64,000 nucleotides of DNA from NCBI GenBank assembly GCA_965552055.1, contig CBEVQO010000003.1, positions 1 to 64,000 of the forward strand. The letters are read 5' to 3'. The notes under the pieces were generated by a model, which ran no database searches, was not told the origin of the DNA, and was given only the letters and a program-made list of their open reading frames with translations. This document shows, piece after piece, positions 28,703-38,538 of the stretch. Origin of the DNA: an uncultured bacterium (GTDB taxonomy: Bacteria; Hydrothermota; UBA3073; NMUJ01; CBEVQO01). Numbering within the stretch: position 1 is the first letter of the stretch; each line of letters opens with the position of its first letter. A program made the position numbers and the translations under genes.

Positions 28703-29875
28703 CTATTCTCTTAATCCTATAAATCCTATTTTTTCAGTAACTTTGCCTTCTTTCATGATTTTCTCGCCTTCTTCTATCGCTTCTAAAATATCTTCAACAA
28801 AAATATCCCTTCCTCCGAGTCCATAGATATAGTTTTTCATCAAAGGTTTTTCAGGAATTTCATACATTGCACTCCTTATTTCTACAAATGCAGGTCCACC
28901 CATATTGCTCATCGTATCCGACCTATCAAGCACGAGCACAACCTTTTTACCTTTCAATGCGTTTATTATTTTGTCATAAGGGAAAGGTCTGAATACCCTT
29001 ATTCTTAAAAGACCTGCTTTTTTGCCTTCATCCCTTGCTACATCTACAGCTTCCTTTGCCGTGCCTGCGGTCGAACCAAGTGCAACAAGGACAATTTCTG
29101 CATCTTCCATCCGATATTCTTCAATAAGTCCATAATATCTTCCAAATTTGTCACCAAATTCTTTTCCTATCTTCTCAATAATTGGAGGTACATTTTTCAT
29201 TGCTTCGATTTCCTGGCGCTTATGCTCAAAGAAATAATCCTGCAAATCAAGTGGTCCAACGGTTATTGGGTTATCTGTGTCCAGCAGGCAGTAAGGTGCC
29301 TTATGCTCGCCAATAAATTTCTGGACTTCATCATCCGGAATTACATCAATTCCTTCCATACAATGGCTGAGGATAAATCCATCTGCACTCACCATACATG
29401 GCAAAAATGCTTCTTCTGCGATTCTTACAGCCTGAATAATGCTATCATACGCTTCCTGTGAAGTTTCTGCATAAATCTGTATCCATCCGGATTCTCTTGA
29501 ACCCATTGTATCGGAATGGTCACAATGAATGTTAATCGGGGCGGATAAAGACCTGTTTACCTCGCAAAGCACTATTGGCAATCTCAGAGCCGCAGCTATA
29601 TAAAGCACTTCGTGCATTAAAGCAAGACCCTGGGATGCAGTGCAGGTCATAACCCTTCCTCCGGCAGCAGCTGCACCAATACATGCACTCATAGCACTAT
29701 GCTCAGATTCTACTGCAACAAATTCAGTATCAACAAGACCATCTGCTACAAAATTTGAAAATATTTGAACAACTTCTGTGGAAGGTGTAATAGGGTATGC
29801 TGCAACTACATCGGGATTTATCTGTCTCATCGCTTCTGCCATTGCTTCATTTCCTGTAAGGGCTTTCCTTGGCAT
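28703..29875 (-). CDS. porA: Pyruvate:ferredoxin oxidoreductase alpha subunit
   Basis: AAYPITPST, VESEHSA, TASQGL, RVFRPFP, YGLGGRD. Confidence 0.93.
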   Translation of the reverse strand: MPRKALTGNEAMAEAMRQINPDVVAAYPITPSTEVVQIFSNFVADGLVDTEFVAVESEHSAMSACIGAAAAGGRVMTCTASQGLALMHEVLYIAAALRLPIVLCEVNRSLSAPINIHCDHSDTMGSRESGWIQIYAETSQEAYDSIIQAVRIAEEAFLPCMVSADGFILSHCMEGIDVIPDDEVQKFIGEHKAPYCLLDTDNPITVGPLDLQDYFFEHKRQEIEAMKNVPPIIEKIGKEFGDKFGRYYGLIEEYRMEDAEIVLVALGSTAGTAKEAVDVARDEGKKAGLLRIRVFRPFPYDKIINALKGKKVVLVLDRSDTMSNMGGPAFVEIRSAMYEIPEKPLMKNYIYGLGGRDIFVEDILEAIEEGEKIMKEGKVTEKIGFIGLRE

Positions 29876-29886
29876 TTTACCCTCCT

Positions 29887-30186
29887 TTAATCTTTTTCCT
29901 TTTTACGAAGCTCAACTTCTCTAACCATTTCTATTGCATTTTTAGGACATTGTCTTGCACAAATTCCACAACCTTTGCAATAATCAAGGTTTATACCCTC
30001 AACCTTGCCATTGTTTACAATTATGGCAGAATCAGGACAATATATGAAGCAAAAATAGCAGTTTATGCATTTATCTTTATGGAATATCGGTCGCAAAATT
30101 CTCCAGTCTCCTGTCTTAAACTCAAGTGATGTGGGTGCATTCTCAATTATAGAGCCTATTGCAAGTTCTTTCCAGCCCTTTTTCAT
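29887..30186 (-). CDS. porD: POR delta (ferredoxin) subunit
   Basis: KTGDWR, CINCYFCFIYCPD, YCKGCGICARQCP. Confidence 0.92.
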   Translation of the reverse strand: MKKGWKELAIGSIIENAPTSLEFKTGDWRILRPIFHKDKCINCYFCFIYCPDSAIIVNNGKVEGINLDYCKGCGICARQCPKNAIEMVREVELRKKEKD

Positions 30187-30195
30187 CTTACCCTC

Positions 30196-30774
30196 CTATG
30201 CACATTTTACTTCGTTATAAGCCCTCTCAATCGATTTTAAATTGCCTTCAATTAACTCTTTCTTATCCCTGAATTTAACTTCCATTCTTTCTTTCACAAA
30301 GTTTATTAAAGTTTTTAAATCTACAAGATTTGTTGCCTTTATCAAAGCACCGAGCATCGGAGTATTTGGGATTTCCCTTCCTATGCATTCTTTTGCGATT
30401 GTCGAAGCATCCACCGTATAAACTTTTTGTGTTTCTTTCATTCCGAGTTTTTTCTTCAAAGATTCAGGAGATTCAGGGGTATTGCAGAGCAAAATTCCAT
30501 CGTCCGGTAATCCTTCTGTTACATTTTCAGATTCTATCAGGGTTGGGTCGAGCACCACAACAACATGTGGTCTTTTTATCCCGCAGTGCACTTTTATAGG
30601 CTCATCAGATAATCTGTTAAATGCCTTAACAGGTGCTCCCATTCTTTCTGGTCCATATTCCGGGAATGCCTGAAAATACTTACCTGTAGATAAGAGAGCT
30701 TCTCCGAGCAGCAATGCAGCCGTCTTTGCACCCTGACCGCCCCTGCCATGCCACCTTATTTCATAAACCTTCAT
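30196..30774 (-). CDS. porC: POR gamma subunit
   Basis: EIRWHGRGGQGAKT, FPEYGPERMGAP, PNTPMLGA; SD GGAGG. Confidence 0.92.
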   Translation of the reverse strand: MKVYEIRWHGRGGQGAKTAALLLGEALLSTGKYFQAFPEYGPERMGAPVKAFNRLSDEPIKVHCGIKRPHVVVVLDPTLIESENVTEGLPDDGILLCNTPESPESLKKKLGMKETQKVYTVDASTIAKECIGREIPNTPMLGALIKATNLVDLKTLINFVKERMEVKFRDKKELIEGNLKSIERAYNEVKCA

Positions 30775-30775
30775 C

Positions 30776-32233
30776 TCATACCTCCTTCTTGCTTTCAATA
30801 AGCTCGGCATCAAAAATCTCTATTATCATTTTCTCAACATCTTTTAATTCCTCTTTCTTCTCTTCTTTTACTATCTCGAATGTCAAATTAATGTCTTTCC
30901 CAGCAATTTCTTTTAATCGATATTTGATTTTGTCAAGATATTTTTCGCTCAAAATTTCCTTTATAAAGGATGAGCATCTTAAAAGTAAAGTATTTCCTTC
31001 AACTTCTGTAGCTTCAACTTTTGCAATAAGAGGATACCATTCTTCGTTTGATGCTTTTGCTTCCTTTTTTAATTCCTGCCATACTTTTATCAAGCCCTTT
31101 TCTTCTTCCTTTGTTTCAACTTTGATACCTTCTTTTAATTTTTTCAAAATCTGGTCAATGCTCGCTTCAGTAAAGATAGCCATTTCAAGTAGTGATGCAG
31201 TAAGAAGAATATCAGGGGAAACACAATCCCTTAATCTTCTCTCTAAATCCTGGCAATATTCAAGCATCCTTACAATTTGACTTATATCGAGTTTTTTGTT
31301 ATAATAAGAAATTTCAGTTTTGGGAAGATTTTTAACACCCGTTTTAAAAAGCATCATATCGTAAAGATATTTCGAATATTCTGTAACAAGTTCATGGGCA
31401 GAAATGCCACTGTTCAAAATATTTTCAAGGTTTATTACAAGTTCTTTTTCTTTTCCTTCGATTATTAAATCTGTAATATCTGCCAGAATTTTTATATCAA
31501 AAGTGCCTGTTAATTCTTTTACATCTTCTTCTTTGATTTCTCCTTCGCAATATGAAGATAACTGTTCAAGCAAAGAGATTGCATCTCTCAAAGCACCATC
31601 TGCCTTTCTGGAGATTAAATAAATGGCTCTCTCTGATATTTTTATCCCCTCTTCTTTTACGATTTTTTGCAGAACTTTTATTATTTCGTCTTCTCTCAAT
31701 TTTCTAAAGCTGAATCTCTGGCATCTCGATAATATCGTGTCTGGCACCCTGTGAGGTGCAGTTGTTGCAAGGATAAAAACAACATGTGAGGGAGGTTCCT
31801 CGAGTGTCTTCAAAAGAGCATTGAATGCCTCCTGTGTTAGCATGTGAACTTCGTCAATGATGTAAACTTTATATTTGCCACGAGAAGGAGAATATCTTAC
31901 ACTTTCTCTTATTCCTCTCACTTCATTTATTCCTCTATTTGATGCACCATCAATTTCGATAACATCTGGATGGTTTCCTTTTTGTATCTCAATGCAGGAT
32001 GCACATTTGCCACATGGTTCAAAATCTTTTTTATCTTTATTTTGACAATTTATAGCTTTTGCGAGTATTCTGGCTGTCGTTGTTTTGCCGACCCCCCTTG
32101 GACCTGCAAATAAATAGGCATGCGCAACTTTACCGAGTTTTATTGCGTTCTCAAGGGTCTTAACAACATGCTCCTGACCAGTTATTTCACAAAATTTTTG
32201 AGGTCTATATTTTAAAGCAAATACTTTATGCAT
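30776..32233 (-). CDS. dnaX: DNA polymerase III subunit gamma/tau
   Basis: KYRPQKF, GPRGVGKTT, zinc Cys motif, IIDEVHML, TILSRC. Confidence 0.96.
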   Translation of the reverse strand: MHKVFALKYRPQKFCEITGQEHVVKTLENAIKLGKVAHAYLFAGPRGVGKTTTARILAKAINCQNKDKKDFEPCGKCASCIEIQKGNHPDVIEIDGASNRGINEVRGIRESVRYSPSRGKYKVYIIDEVHMLTQEAFNALLKTLEEPPSHVVFILATTAPHRVPDTILSRCQRFSFRKLREDEIIKVLQKIVKEEGIKISERAIYLISRKADGALRDAISLLEQLSSYCEGEIKEEDVKELTGTFDIKILADITDLIIEGKEKELVINLENILNSGISAHELVTEYSKYLYDMMLFKTGVKNLPKTEISYYNKKLDISQIVRMLEYCQDLERRLRDCVSPDILLTASLLEMAIFTEASIDQILKKLKEGIKVETKEEEKGLIKVWQELKKEAKASNEEWYPLIAKVEATEVEGNTLLLRCSSFIKEILSEKYLDKIKYRLKEIAGKDINLTFEIVKEEKKEELKDVEKMIIEIFDAELIESKKEV

Positions 32234-32239
32234 CGGGGA

Positions 32240-32311
32240 TGGAGGTGAGGGGATTCGAACCCCTGACCTCTGGAGTGCGATTCCAGCGCTCTCCCACTGA
32301 GCTACACCCCC
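32240..32311 (-). tRNA. tRNA-Ala(CGC), no encoded CCA
   Basis: GGGGGTG/CACCTCC with G3:U70, anticodon loop ATCGCAC, GGTTCGAATCC. Confidence 0.95.
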
Positions 32312-32312
32312 A

Positions 32313-32384
32313 TGGGCCCGGTGGGATTCGAACCCACGACTCCTGGATTAAAAATCCAGTACTCTACCGCTGAGTTACGGGCCC
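32313..32384 (-). tRNA. tRNA-Lys(TTT), no encoded CCA
   Basis: GGGCCCG/CGGGCCC acceptor stem, CTGGA-TTTTTAA-TCCAG, GGTTCGAATCC. Confidence 0.95.
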
Positions 32385-32391
32385 TCTCTTT

Positions 32392-32418
32392 ATTATATCT
32401 AAAATACTCAATTGTCAA
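32392..32418 (-). promoter_or_regulatory. sigma70-like promoter (15-bp spacer) for tRNA-Lys/tRNA-Ala/dnaX
   Basis: TTGACA(32418-32413)-N15-TATAAT(32397-32392). Confidence 0.75.
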
Positions 32419-32430
32419 GCTCAAATTTCG

Positions 32431-33270
32431 TTATTTAATTAAAGGTATCTCCAGTTTTTCTATCATCTTCTCTTCTTTCTTCTTTTTATAAACAGATGGT
32501 AATATCATCTCAAATTTTGGTTCAAAACCTTTTAATGTTTCTGCTTCACTTATTATCAGGTAACCCGAAGATATAAGTGCTTCCCAGAATAAATTCAAAA
32601 CTCTTATTTTGGCTTCGTCCGAGAAATAAATTAAAACATTACGACAAAAAATAACATCAAAATAATCAGTAAGACCTATCGGGTCAAGTAAATTATGATA
32701 TCTGAAATTTATTATTTTCTTGATTTCTTCCTTCACCCAGTAATAATTTTCAACTTTTTCAAAATATTTTAAAAAGAATTGAGGCACTCCTTTTATTTCG
32801 CTTTCTTTATATATTCCCAATCTCGCTTTCTTCAATGCCGTTGTATTTATATCTGTTGCAAGGATTTCTATTTTCCCCAATACTTTTCCTTTCAAAATCA
32901 TAGCAATGGAATAGGGCTCCTGTCCAGTTGCACAGCCCGCACTCCACACCTTAACCCTCGATTTCAATTTCAATTCGTTTATGATTTTATCAGAGAAATA
33001 CTTAAAACTTACACCTCCTCTAAAAAAGCTTGTTTCTAATACTGTCATCAGGTCTATAAAACGCTGACGCTCACCCTCATCTTCCTGCAATCTCTTATAG
33101 TATTCCTTATATGAATTTAACCCAAGAAATTCCAATCTCTGTTTTAACTTTGTTGAAACAATTTGTATCTGTGACTCACGCAATAAATTCCCTGTTAAAC
33201 TGTGGAAATAATCCTTAAAAAGTCGAAATTCTTCTTTTGTCATTATGTCATTTATTTTAGCAGGTGCCAT
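32431..33270 (-). CDS. cheR: CheR-type protein-glutamate O-methyltransferase
   Basis: ETSFFR, VWSAGCATGQEPYSIAM, ATDIN, FDVIFCRNVLIYF. Confidence 0.9.
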   Translation of the reverse strand: MAPAKINDIMTKEEFRLFKDYFHSLTGNLLRESQIQIVSTKLKQRLEFLGLNSYKEYYKRLQEDEGERQRFIDLMTVLETSFFRGGVSFKYFSDKIINELKLKSRVKVWSAGCATGQEPYSIAMILKGKVLGKIEILATDINTTALKKARLGIYKESEIKGVPQFFLKYFEKVENYYWVKEEIKKIINFRYHNLLDPIGLTDYFDVIFCRNVLIYFSDEAKIRVLNLFWEALISSGYLIISEAETLKGFEPKFEMILPSVYKKKKEEKMIEKLEIPLIK

Positions 33271-34586
33271 GCTATTCCGAAATATATTGCCAGAGAAAAA
33301 ATATCAGTTAAAGTTGTGGTTAGAGGACCTGAAGCATGTGCCGGGTCTGTTCCTGCCTTTTTCAGAGCAAAAGGCAGAAATGCTCCCATAACCGTTGCAA
33401 GAGTTATCGTAACACTCATTGTCAAGATTAAGCATAAAAACAATTGGGGAATGCGGATCGAAAAAGATGCCCTTATAGCAAGCAAAACACCGATAAGCGG
33501 TCCGATTATCATACCTATTGCAAGTTCTTTCAGCAAAATTCTAATAAGGTCTCTAAATTCTATAAATCCTGTTGCTAGTCCCCTTATCATTACGGATGCA
33601 GCTTGAGTGCCTGCATTACCTGCGCAACCAGCAACTACCGGCATAAACATCGCCAAAAATGCTTTCTTGCCGATGAAATTCGTAAATTGCTCTATCACAA
33701 AAGTCGAGCCAAAACTCGCAAAGACAAGAACAGTAAGCCATATAGCTCTTGAGCGTGCAATACGCAATATTCCTGCATGAACATAATCATGAGGAAGATT
33801 GCCTGCTGCACCAAATTTGTAAATATCTTCCGTTGCTTCATTCTCCAGTACATCAAGAGCAGTATCTACTTCTACTATGCCTTTTATATGACCCTCTCTA
33901 TCAACTACAGGAATTGCTTCAACATCATATTTTGAGATTAAATGAGCAACTACTTCCTGGTCTGTATCAATATACACCTTTGGTGTTTTTTTCGCCAATC
34001 TTATTAATTTAACCTCTGGAGAAGAGAATAAAAGGTCATGAATCTTTACTGCTCCTATTAACCTGTTATTTCTGTCTACTACAAATATTTTCCAGAATTC
34101 CGATTTTATTTTCTTTTTGCTTTTTCTTAAAATATCAATTGCTTCTTCAACTGTAATATCACCTGGTAATGCCACGAATTCTTTTGTCATTATTCCGCCT
34201 GCACTTTCGGGTTTATACTTCATCAATTCTTTAATCTCTTCAATTAAATCCTCTTCCATAAGCAACTGTAATTCAATCTGTTTGCTCCTTGGTAGCTCCG
34301 AAAATAAGTCCGCAAGTTTCTCACTCGATACATTGTTCAAAATGAAAACTTTTTCTCTCTTATTTAAAACATCAAGTAATTTCTTTTGCTCTGGTATTTC
34401 GAGATTTTCAAAAAGAATCAATTTGTTGTCTTCTGTCAATAAATCGAGTATTTTTCTCATCTCATATTCATCGAGTTCGTCAAAAATTTCAGCAATTTCA
34501 TGAATCGGTGTCTTTTTTATTAACTTTTCAAGTTCTTTAAATTCACCCTTTTCAATAAGTTCTTTTATTTTATTAACTTCCACCAT
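33252..34586 (-). CDS. mgtE: Magnesium transporter
   Basis: ESAGGIMT, CBS pair, EATEDI, GNAGTQ, DPAHASGPLTTTLTD. Confidence 0.95.
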   Translation of the reverse strand: MVEVNKIKELIEKGEFKELEKLIKKTPIHEIAEIFDELDEYEMRKILDLLTEDNKLILFENLEIPEQKKLLDVLNKREKVFILNNVSSEKLADLFSELPRSKQIELQLLMEEDLIEEIKELMKYKPESAGGIMTKEFVALPGDITVEEAIDILRKSKKKIKSEFWKIFVVDRNNRLIGAVKIHDLLFSSPEVKLIRLAKKTPKVYIDTDQEVVAHLISKYDVEAIPVVDREGHIKGIVEVDTALDVLENEATEDIYKFGAAGNLPHDYVHAGILRIARSRAIWLTVLVFASFGSTFVIEQFTNFIGKKAFLAMFMPVVAGCAGNAGTQAASVMIRGLATGFIEFRDLIRILLKELAIGMIIGPLIGVLLAIRASFSIRIPQLFLCLILTMSVTITLATVMGAFLPFALKKAGTDPAHASGPLTTTLTDIFSLAIYFGIAWHLLK

Positions 34587-34591
34587 CCTTT

Positions 34592-34638
34592 ATTGTAATC
34601 AAAAATTAAGATTGACAACTAAAAATTTTAATTATTTT
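34592..34638. promoter_or_regulatory. Divergent 15-bp-spacer promoters with overlapping -35 boxes
   Basis: Minus: TTGTCA(34618-34613)-N15-TACAAT, ATG 34586; plus: TTGACA(34612-34617)-N15-TATTTT, GTG 34644. Confidence 0.6.
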
Positions 34639-34643
34639 ATGAT

Positions 34644-35180
34644 GTGGAGAGAGTTTGCAAATTGTTTTGCGCTGTAATTTGCAAGAAAGATTATGTAGAA
34701 ATTGCAAAGGAAGAATTACAAAAAGAGTTTGGAGAAATACAATTTGAATCCGAGATTTTTAATTTTTCAGACTACACAGATTACTATGAAGATGAGATGG
34801 GTAAACCATTGCAAAAATTCTGGATATCCTTTAAAGGACTTTTCAAGATGGATGCAAATTCTTTAATATCTTACAAAAAAAGAGCAGAAAAAATTGAAGA
34901 TAAATACAGAGAAAATGGGAAAAGGAAAATAAATATAGACCCCGGGATTATAACATTGTCAAAGTTGATGTTAACGACCCATAAAAATTACTCACACAGG
35001 GTTTATCTGGGGAATGATGTTTTTGTTGAAATAACATTAATTTTTGAAAAAGGTACTTTTTGCCCATTACGCTGGACTTATAAAGATTACATAGACCACA
35101 TCCCGGTATTCAATAAAATGCGCGAAATATTCAGAAAAGAATTAAGAGAAGAAGGAGTGAAATCCGAATATGGCATCTAA
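34644..35180 (+). CDS. DUF4416 family protein
   Basis: TDYYEDEMG, RKINIDPG, KNYSHRVYL, PLRWTYKDY. Confidence 0.85.
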   Translation: MERVCKLFCAVICKKDYVEIAKEELQKEFGEIQFESEIFNFSDYTDYYEDEMGKPLQKFWISFKGLFKMDANSLISYKKRAEKIEDKYRENGKRKINIDPGIITLSKLMLTTHKNYSHRVYLGNDVFVEITLIFEKGTFCPLRWTYKDYIDHIPVFNKMREIFRKELREEGVKSEYGI

Positions 35181-36735
35181 AATATTGATTCTTGATGAGA
35201 ATTTGGTGAAAAAGATAGCAGCTGGTGAAGTTATTGAGCGTCCTGCATCCTGCATGAAAGAATTAATAGAAAATTCGATAGATGCTGATGCAAAAAATAT
35301 AACTTGTATTTTCAAAAGAAATGGCGTGCCTTTGATAAAAGTTATAGATGACGGTATTGGGATGTCTCCTGAAGATTTGAAATTGTGCATTTTACCACAT
35401 TCTACAAGCAAAATAAAGACGGAAAAAGATCTGGAAAGAATAGCCACTCTTGGGTTCAGGGGAGAGGCATTATCATCGATAAAAGATGTATCAATTTTGG
35501 AAATTACATCGAGGGAAAGAGGCAGTGCACAGGGTTACTACATAAAAGTACTGAACGGAGAAATAGTTGCAGAATATGAAGTAAATTGTCCACAGGGAAC
35601 ACAGGTAAGTGTAAAAAATTTGTTTTACAATGTACCAGTAAAATTGAGGTTTTTAAAATCTGATAGAACGGAAATAAAAGCGATAATTAATACTTTTTTA
35701 AATTATGCGATAGCGTATCCTGAGATAAACTTTAAATTAATCCACGACGACAGAGAAATATATGATTTAAAATCTGCAAAGTTAAAAGAAAGACTGGAAG
35801 ATTTATTTTCCCGCGATTATATTGATAAGATGGTTGCGATAAATTATGAGAAGGATTATTTAAACATTTATGGCTTTATTGCGCGCCCGGACACCGCTTT
35901 AACACCTTATCATGCTTTCTTCTTCGTAAATAGACGACCTTGCTACGATTTGCAGATAAGAAAGATAATATTAGAAATTTATCAGAAAGAAAAAGAAATT
36001 CCCTTTTTTATTTTTGTAAATCTTCCTTATGAGCAGGTTGATGTAAATATTCATCCGAGGAAATACGAAATAAGATTTAAAGAGGAAAATTTTGTCTATA
36101 GAGAAATAAGAAATGCGATTAAAAACGCCCTTGGTTTAAAATTTATATTTTTTGAGCGTAAGGAAGAGGTTGATACTATTCCGGAAAATCCAAGGATTTA
36201 TCAATTGCATAACACTTATATTTTGGTTGAAACAGAAAAAGGCTTTTGGCTTATAGACCAGCATGCAGCCCACGAAAGAATACTTTACGAAAAATATTTA
36301 AAAACAAAAATACCGGTTCAGAGATTGATTTTCCCGATGGTTGTTGAATTGAGTCCTTATGAGTATCAAATTTATGAGATGTATAAAAATGAATTAATTG
36401 ATATGGGCTTTTCGCTTTGTGAATTTGGTAAAAATACAGTGAGGATTGAAGCTGTGCCTTCTGTTTTGTCGGAGTTTGATGAAAAAATTTTTAAAAGTAT
36501 TTTAAATGAATTATCAAACAGTATTAAAGGTAGCGAGCGGTTAAACGAGCTCGCGAAAGTCCTTGCATGCAAATCTGCGATTCAGGCAGGAGATGAACTT
36601 ACTTATGAAGAAATGAAACACTTAATAGAAGAGCTGATGCGTACAGATAGTCCACTATTTTGCCCGCATGGTCGTCCTACAATATGGATGATATCCTTAA
36701 AAGACCTCGATAAAAAGTTTAAGAGGATTGAATAA
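35170..36735 (+). CDS. mutL: DNA mismatch repair endonuclease MutL
   Basis: IAAGEVIERP, GFRGEAL, DQHAAHERILYE, ACK, CPHGRP. Confidence 0.96.
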   Translation: MASKILILDENLVKKIAAGEVIERPASCMKELIENSIDADAKNITCIFKRNGVPLIKVIDDGIGMSPEDLKLCILPHSTSKIKTEKDLERIATLGFRGEALSSIKDVSILEITSRERGSAQGYYIKVLNGEIVAEYEVNCPQGTQVSVKNLFYNVPVKLRFLKSDRTEIKAIINTFLNYAIAYPEINFKLIHDDREIYDLKSAKLKERLEDLFSRDYIDKMVAINYEKDYLNIYGFIARPDTALTPYHAFFFVNRRPCYDLQIRKIILEIYQKEKEIPFFIFVNLPYEQVDVNIHPRKYEIRFKEENFVYREIRNAIKNALGLKFIFFERKEEVDTIPENPRIYQLHNTYILVETEKGFWLIDQHAAHERILYEKYLKTKIPVQRLIFPMVVELSPYEYQIYEMYKNELIDMGFSLCEFGKNTVRIEAVPSVLSEFDEKIFKSILNELSNSIKGSERLNELAKVLACKSAIQAGDELTYEEMKHLIEELMRTDSPLFCPHGRPTIWMISLKDLDKKFKRIE

Positions 36736-37750
36736 TATCGATCAGGTCGATGAAAACAGCATAACCTGTTACTTCTCTACCTGCACCTGGTCCCACAATT
36801 GTTACTTTGCCGAGCAAATCTGTTTCTATCGTTAATGCATTTGTTACACCTTTTATGTGTGCGATAGTATCCCATTCGGGTACTTTTTGTGGCTTTACCG
36901 ATGCTGTAACTTTATGGTTCTCGCATTTGACAGAAGCTATCAATTTCCAGTGTTTTTTCTCATCGAGTGCTTCTTTTATCATTTTTGGTGTTATCTTTGT
37001 TATTCCTTCTCTTTCGACATCCTCTACTTTAATATCGGCATCAAGAATCATATTTGCGAGGATTACGGTTTTTGCCACTGCATCCCAGCCTTCAACATCT
37101 GCTGTGGGGTCTGCTTCTGCATATCCAAGGCGTTGTGCTTCTTTTAAAGCTTCTTCATAAGTTTTTCCCGTTTCCATTTCTGTTAAAATAAAATTTGTTG
37201 TGCCATTTACTATCCCATAAATTGAATGAATTTTACATCCTGCTAAATTTTTTTCAATCAGATTTATAACAGGAGTGCCTGCCATTACGGTGCCTTCGAA
37301 TTTTAGTTTTACTCCTTTTTCTTCGGCTAATTTCATAAGTTCTTTTCCTTTAAGGGCAATTGGTCCTTTATTTGTTGTTATGACATTTTTCCCTGTTTCG
37401 AGTGCAGTTTTTATGTGGGATAAACCGGGTTCTCCTGTTTCTATGTTCGTTGGCGTTACTTCGATTATTACATCTGCATTTGATTCTTTTATTGTTTTCA
37501 TCGAATCCCAGCCTTTTTCTCCGCCTTCGTAATCAAAAATATTTCCTTTTTCTCTAACTTCCTTAAGCAATGCATTTAAATTTATTCCATTTTCTTCAAA
37601 TACAGAACCTTTGATGGGGTCGCTTATTGCAACGAGTTTCACATCACATCCGTATTTCTTTTGCAGTTCCCAGTGTTTCCTTTCAAGTATCTCTGCAAAT
37701 CCCTGTCCAACTGTCCCAAACCCTATAAGCGCCAATTTTATTTCTTTCAT
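36719..37750 (-). CDS. hom: Homoserine dehydrogenase (no ACT domain)
   Basis: GFGTVG, TTNKGP, GIVNGTTNFIL, GYAEADPTADVEGWD, GPGAG. Confidence 0.93.
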   Translation of the reverse strand: MKEIKLALIGFGTVGQGFAEILERKHWELQKKYGCDVKLVAISDPIKGSVFEENGINLNALLKEVREKGNIFDYEGGEKGWDSMKTIKESNADVIIEVTPTNIETGEPGLSHIKTALETGKNVITTNKGPIALKGKELMKLAEEKGVKLKFEGTVMAGTPVINLIEKNLAGCKIHSIYGIVNGTTNFILTEMETGKTYEEALKEAQRLGYAEADPTADVEGWDAVAKTVILANMILDADIKVEDVEREGITKITPKMIKEALDEKKHWKLIASVKCENHKVTASVKPQKVPEWDTIAHIKGVTNALTIETDLLGKVTIVGPGAGREVTGYAVFIDLIDIIQSS

Positions 37751-37759
37751 ATCACCCTC

Positions 37760-38191
37760 CTAATTCTTGGATATCCATGGGTCATTTTTTATTGATATGA
37801 GTGGCAAAATAACAATATACTTATTTGATTTTATCTTGTGTCTTACATCTTCAAATTTTCTTTTTATATTTTCATGACGCTCTCTCATTTCATTTATCTT
37901 TTCTCTTAATTCTTCTGTTCTTTCAATTACTTTTTTCAATCCTTCTTCATCATCTTTAAATTGCTGTGTTAAATTTTTTAATTTTTCCAGTTCTCTTTCG
38001 AGTGCATCGAATTCTTCTTCAAGTTCCCTTGCTTCTTTTGCTATTTTGAAAAAATCTTTACTTATCCTGTATCCCCAGATTATTGTTTTAAAATCTTTTG
38101 GTTTTATAAAAGTTTCATTAAGAAAAATGAACCACCATGGTAATTTTTCTATTCTTTTATCGAATTTCTGTGAGAATTCTTTTCGGGTCAT
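37760..38191 (-). CDS. Hypothetical coiled-coil protein
   Basis: ATG at 38191 preceded by a GGGGGG SD-like run; long E/K heptad region. Confidence 0.65.
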   Translation of the reverse strand: MTRKEFSQKFDKRIEKLPWWFIFLNETFIKPKDFKTIIWGYRISKDFFKIAKEARELEEEFDALERELEKLKNLTQQFKDDEEGLKKVIERTEELREKINEMRERHENIKRKFEDVRHKIKSNKYIVILPLISIKNDPWISKN

Positions 38192-38211
38192 GCCCCCCGC
38201 GGTGATAAAAA

Positions 38212-38502
38212 TTAACCAAACTTTGGACCACCGTAATAAATCCAGCTGGCTACAAGTCCCAGGAAAATGAGTATACCCATCCATTTTGCCATAACACCAT
38301 ACGCTTTCTTCTTTCCTTCAGTTTCTGTCTCCGAAATTAAAATACCATGATAGATTGAAAGAATCGCAAATATACCGGAAATTATAAAGAAAGTGACACA
38401 TGCTTTGTAAAATTTCCAATCAGGTGCTTTTGATAAAGTTGCGAAACCCGCCTGCAACCAAAATGTTATTACCGCAATTAGACTCCAAATGAACGCCAGC
38501 AT
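38212..38502 (-). CDS. Hypothetical small membrane protein (3 TM)
   Basis: SD GGAGGTG, own promoter, three hydrophobic segments. Confidence 0.75.
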   Translation of the reverse strand: MLAFIWSLIAVITFWLQAGFATLSKAPDWKFYKACVTFFIISGIFAILSIYHGILISETETEGKKKAYGVMAKWMGILIFLGLVASWIYYGGPKFG

Positions 38503-38538
38503 AGTTCACCTCCCCCTTTACCGCGGGGGGCACACTAT

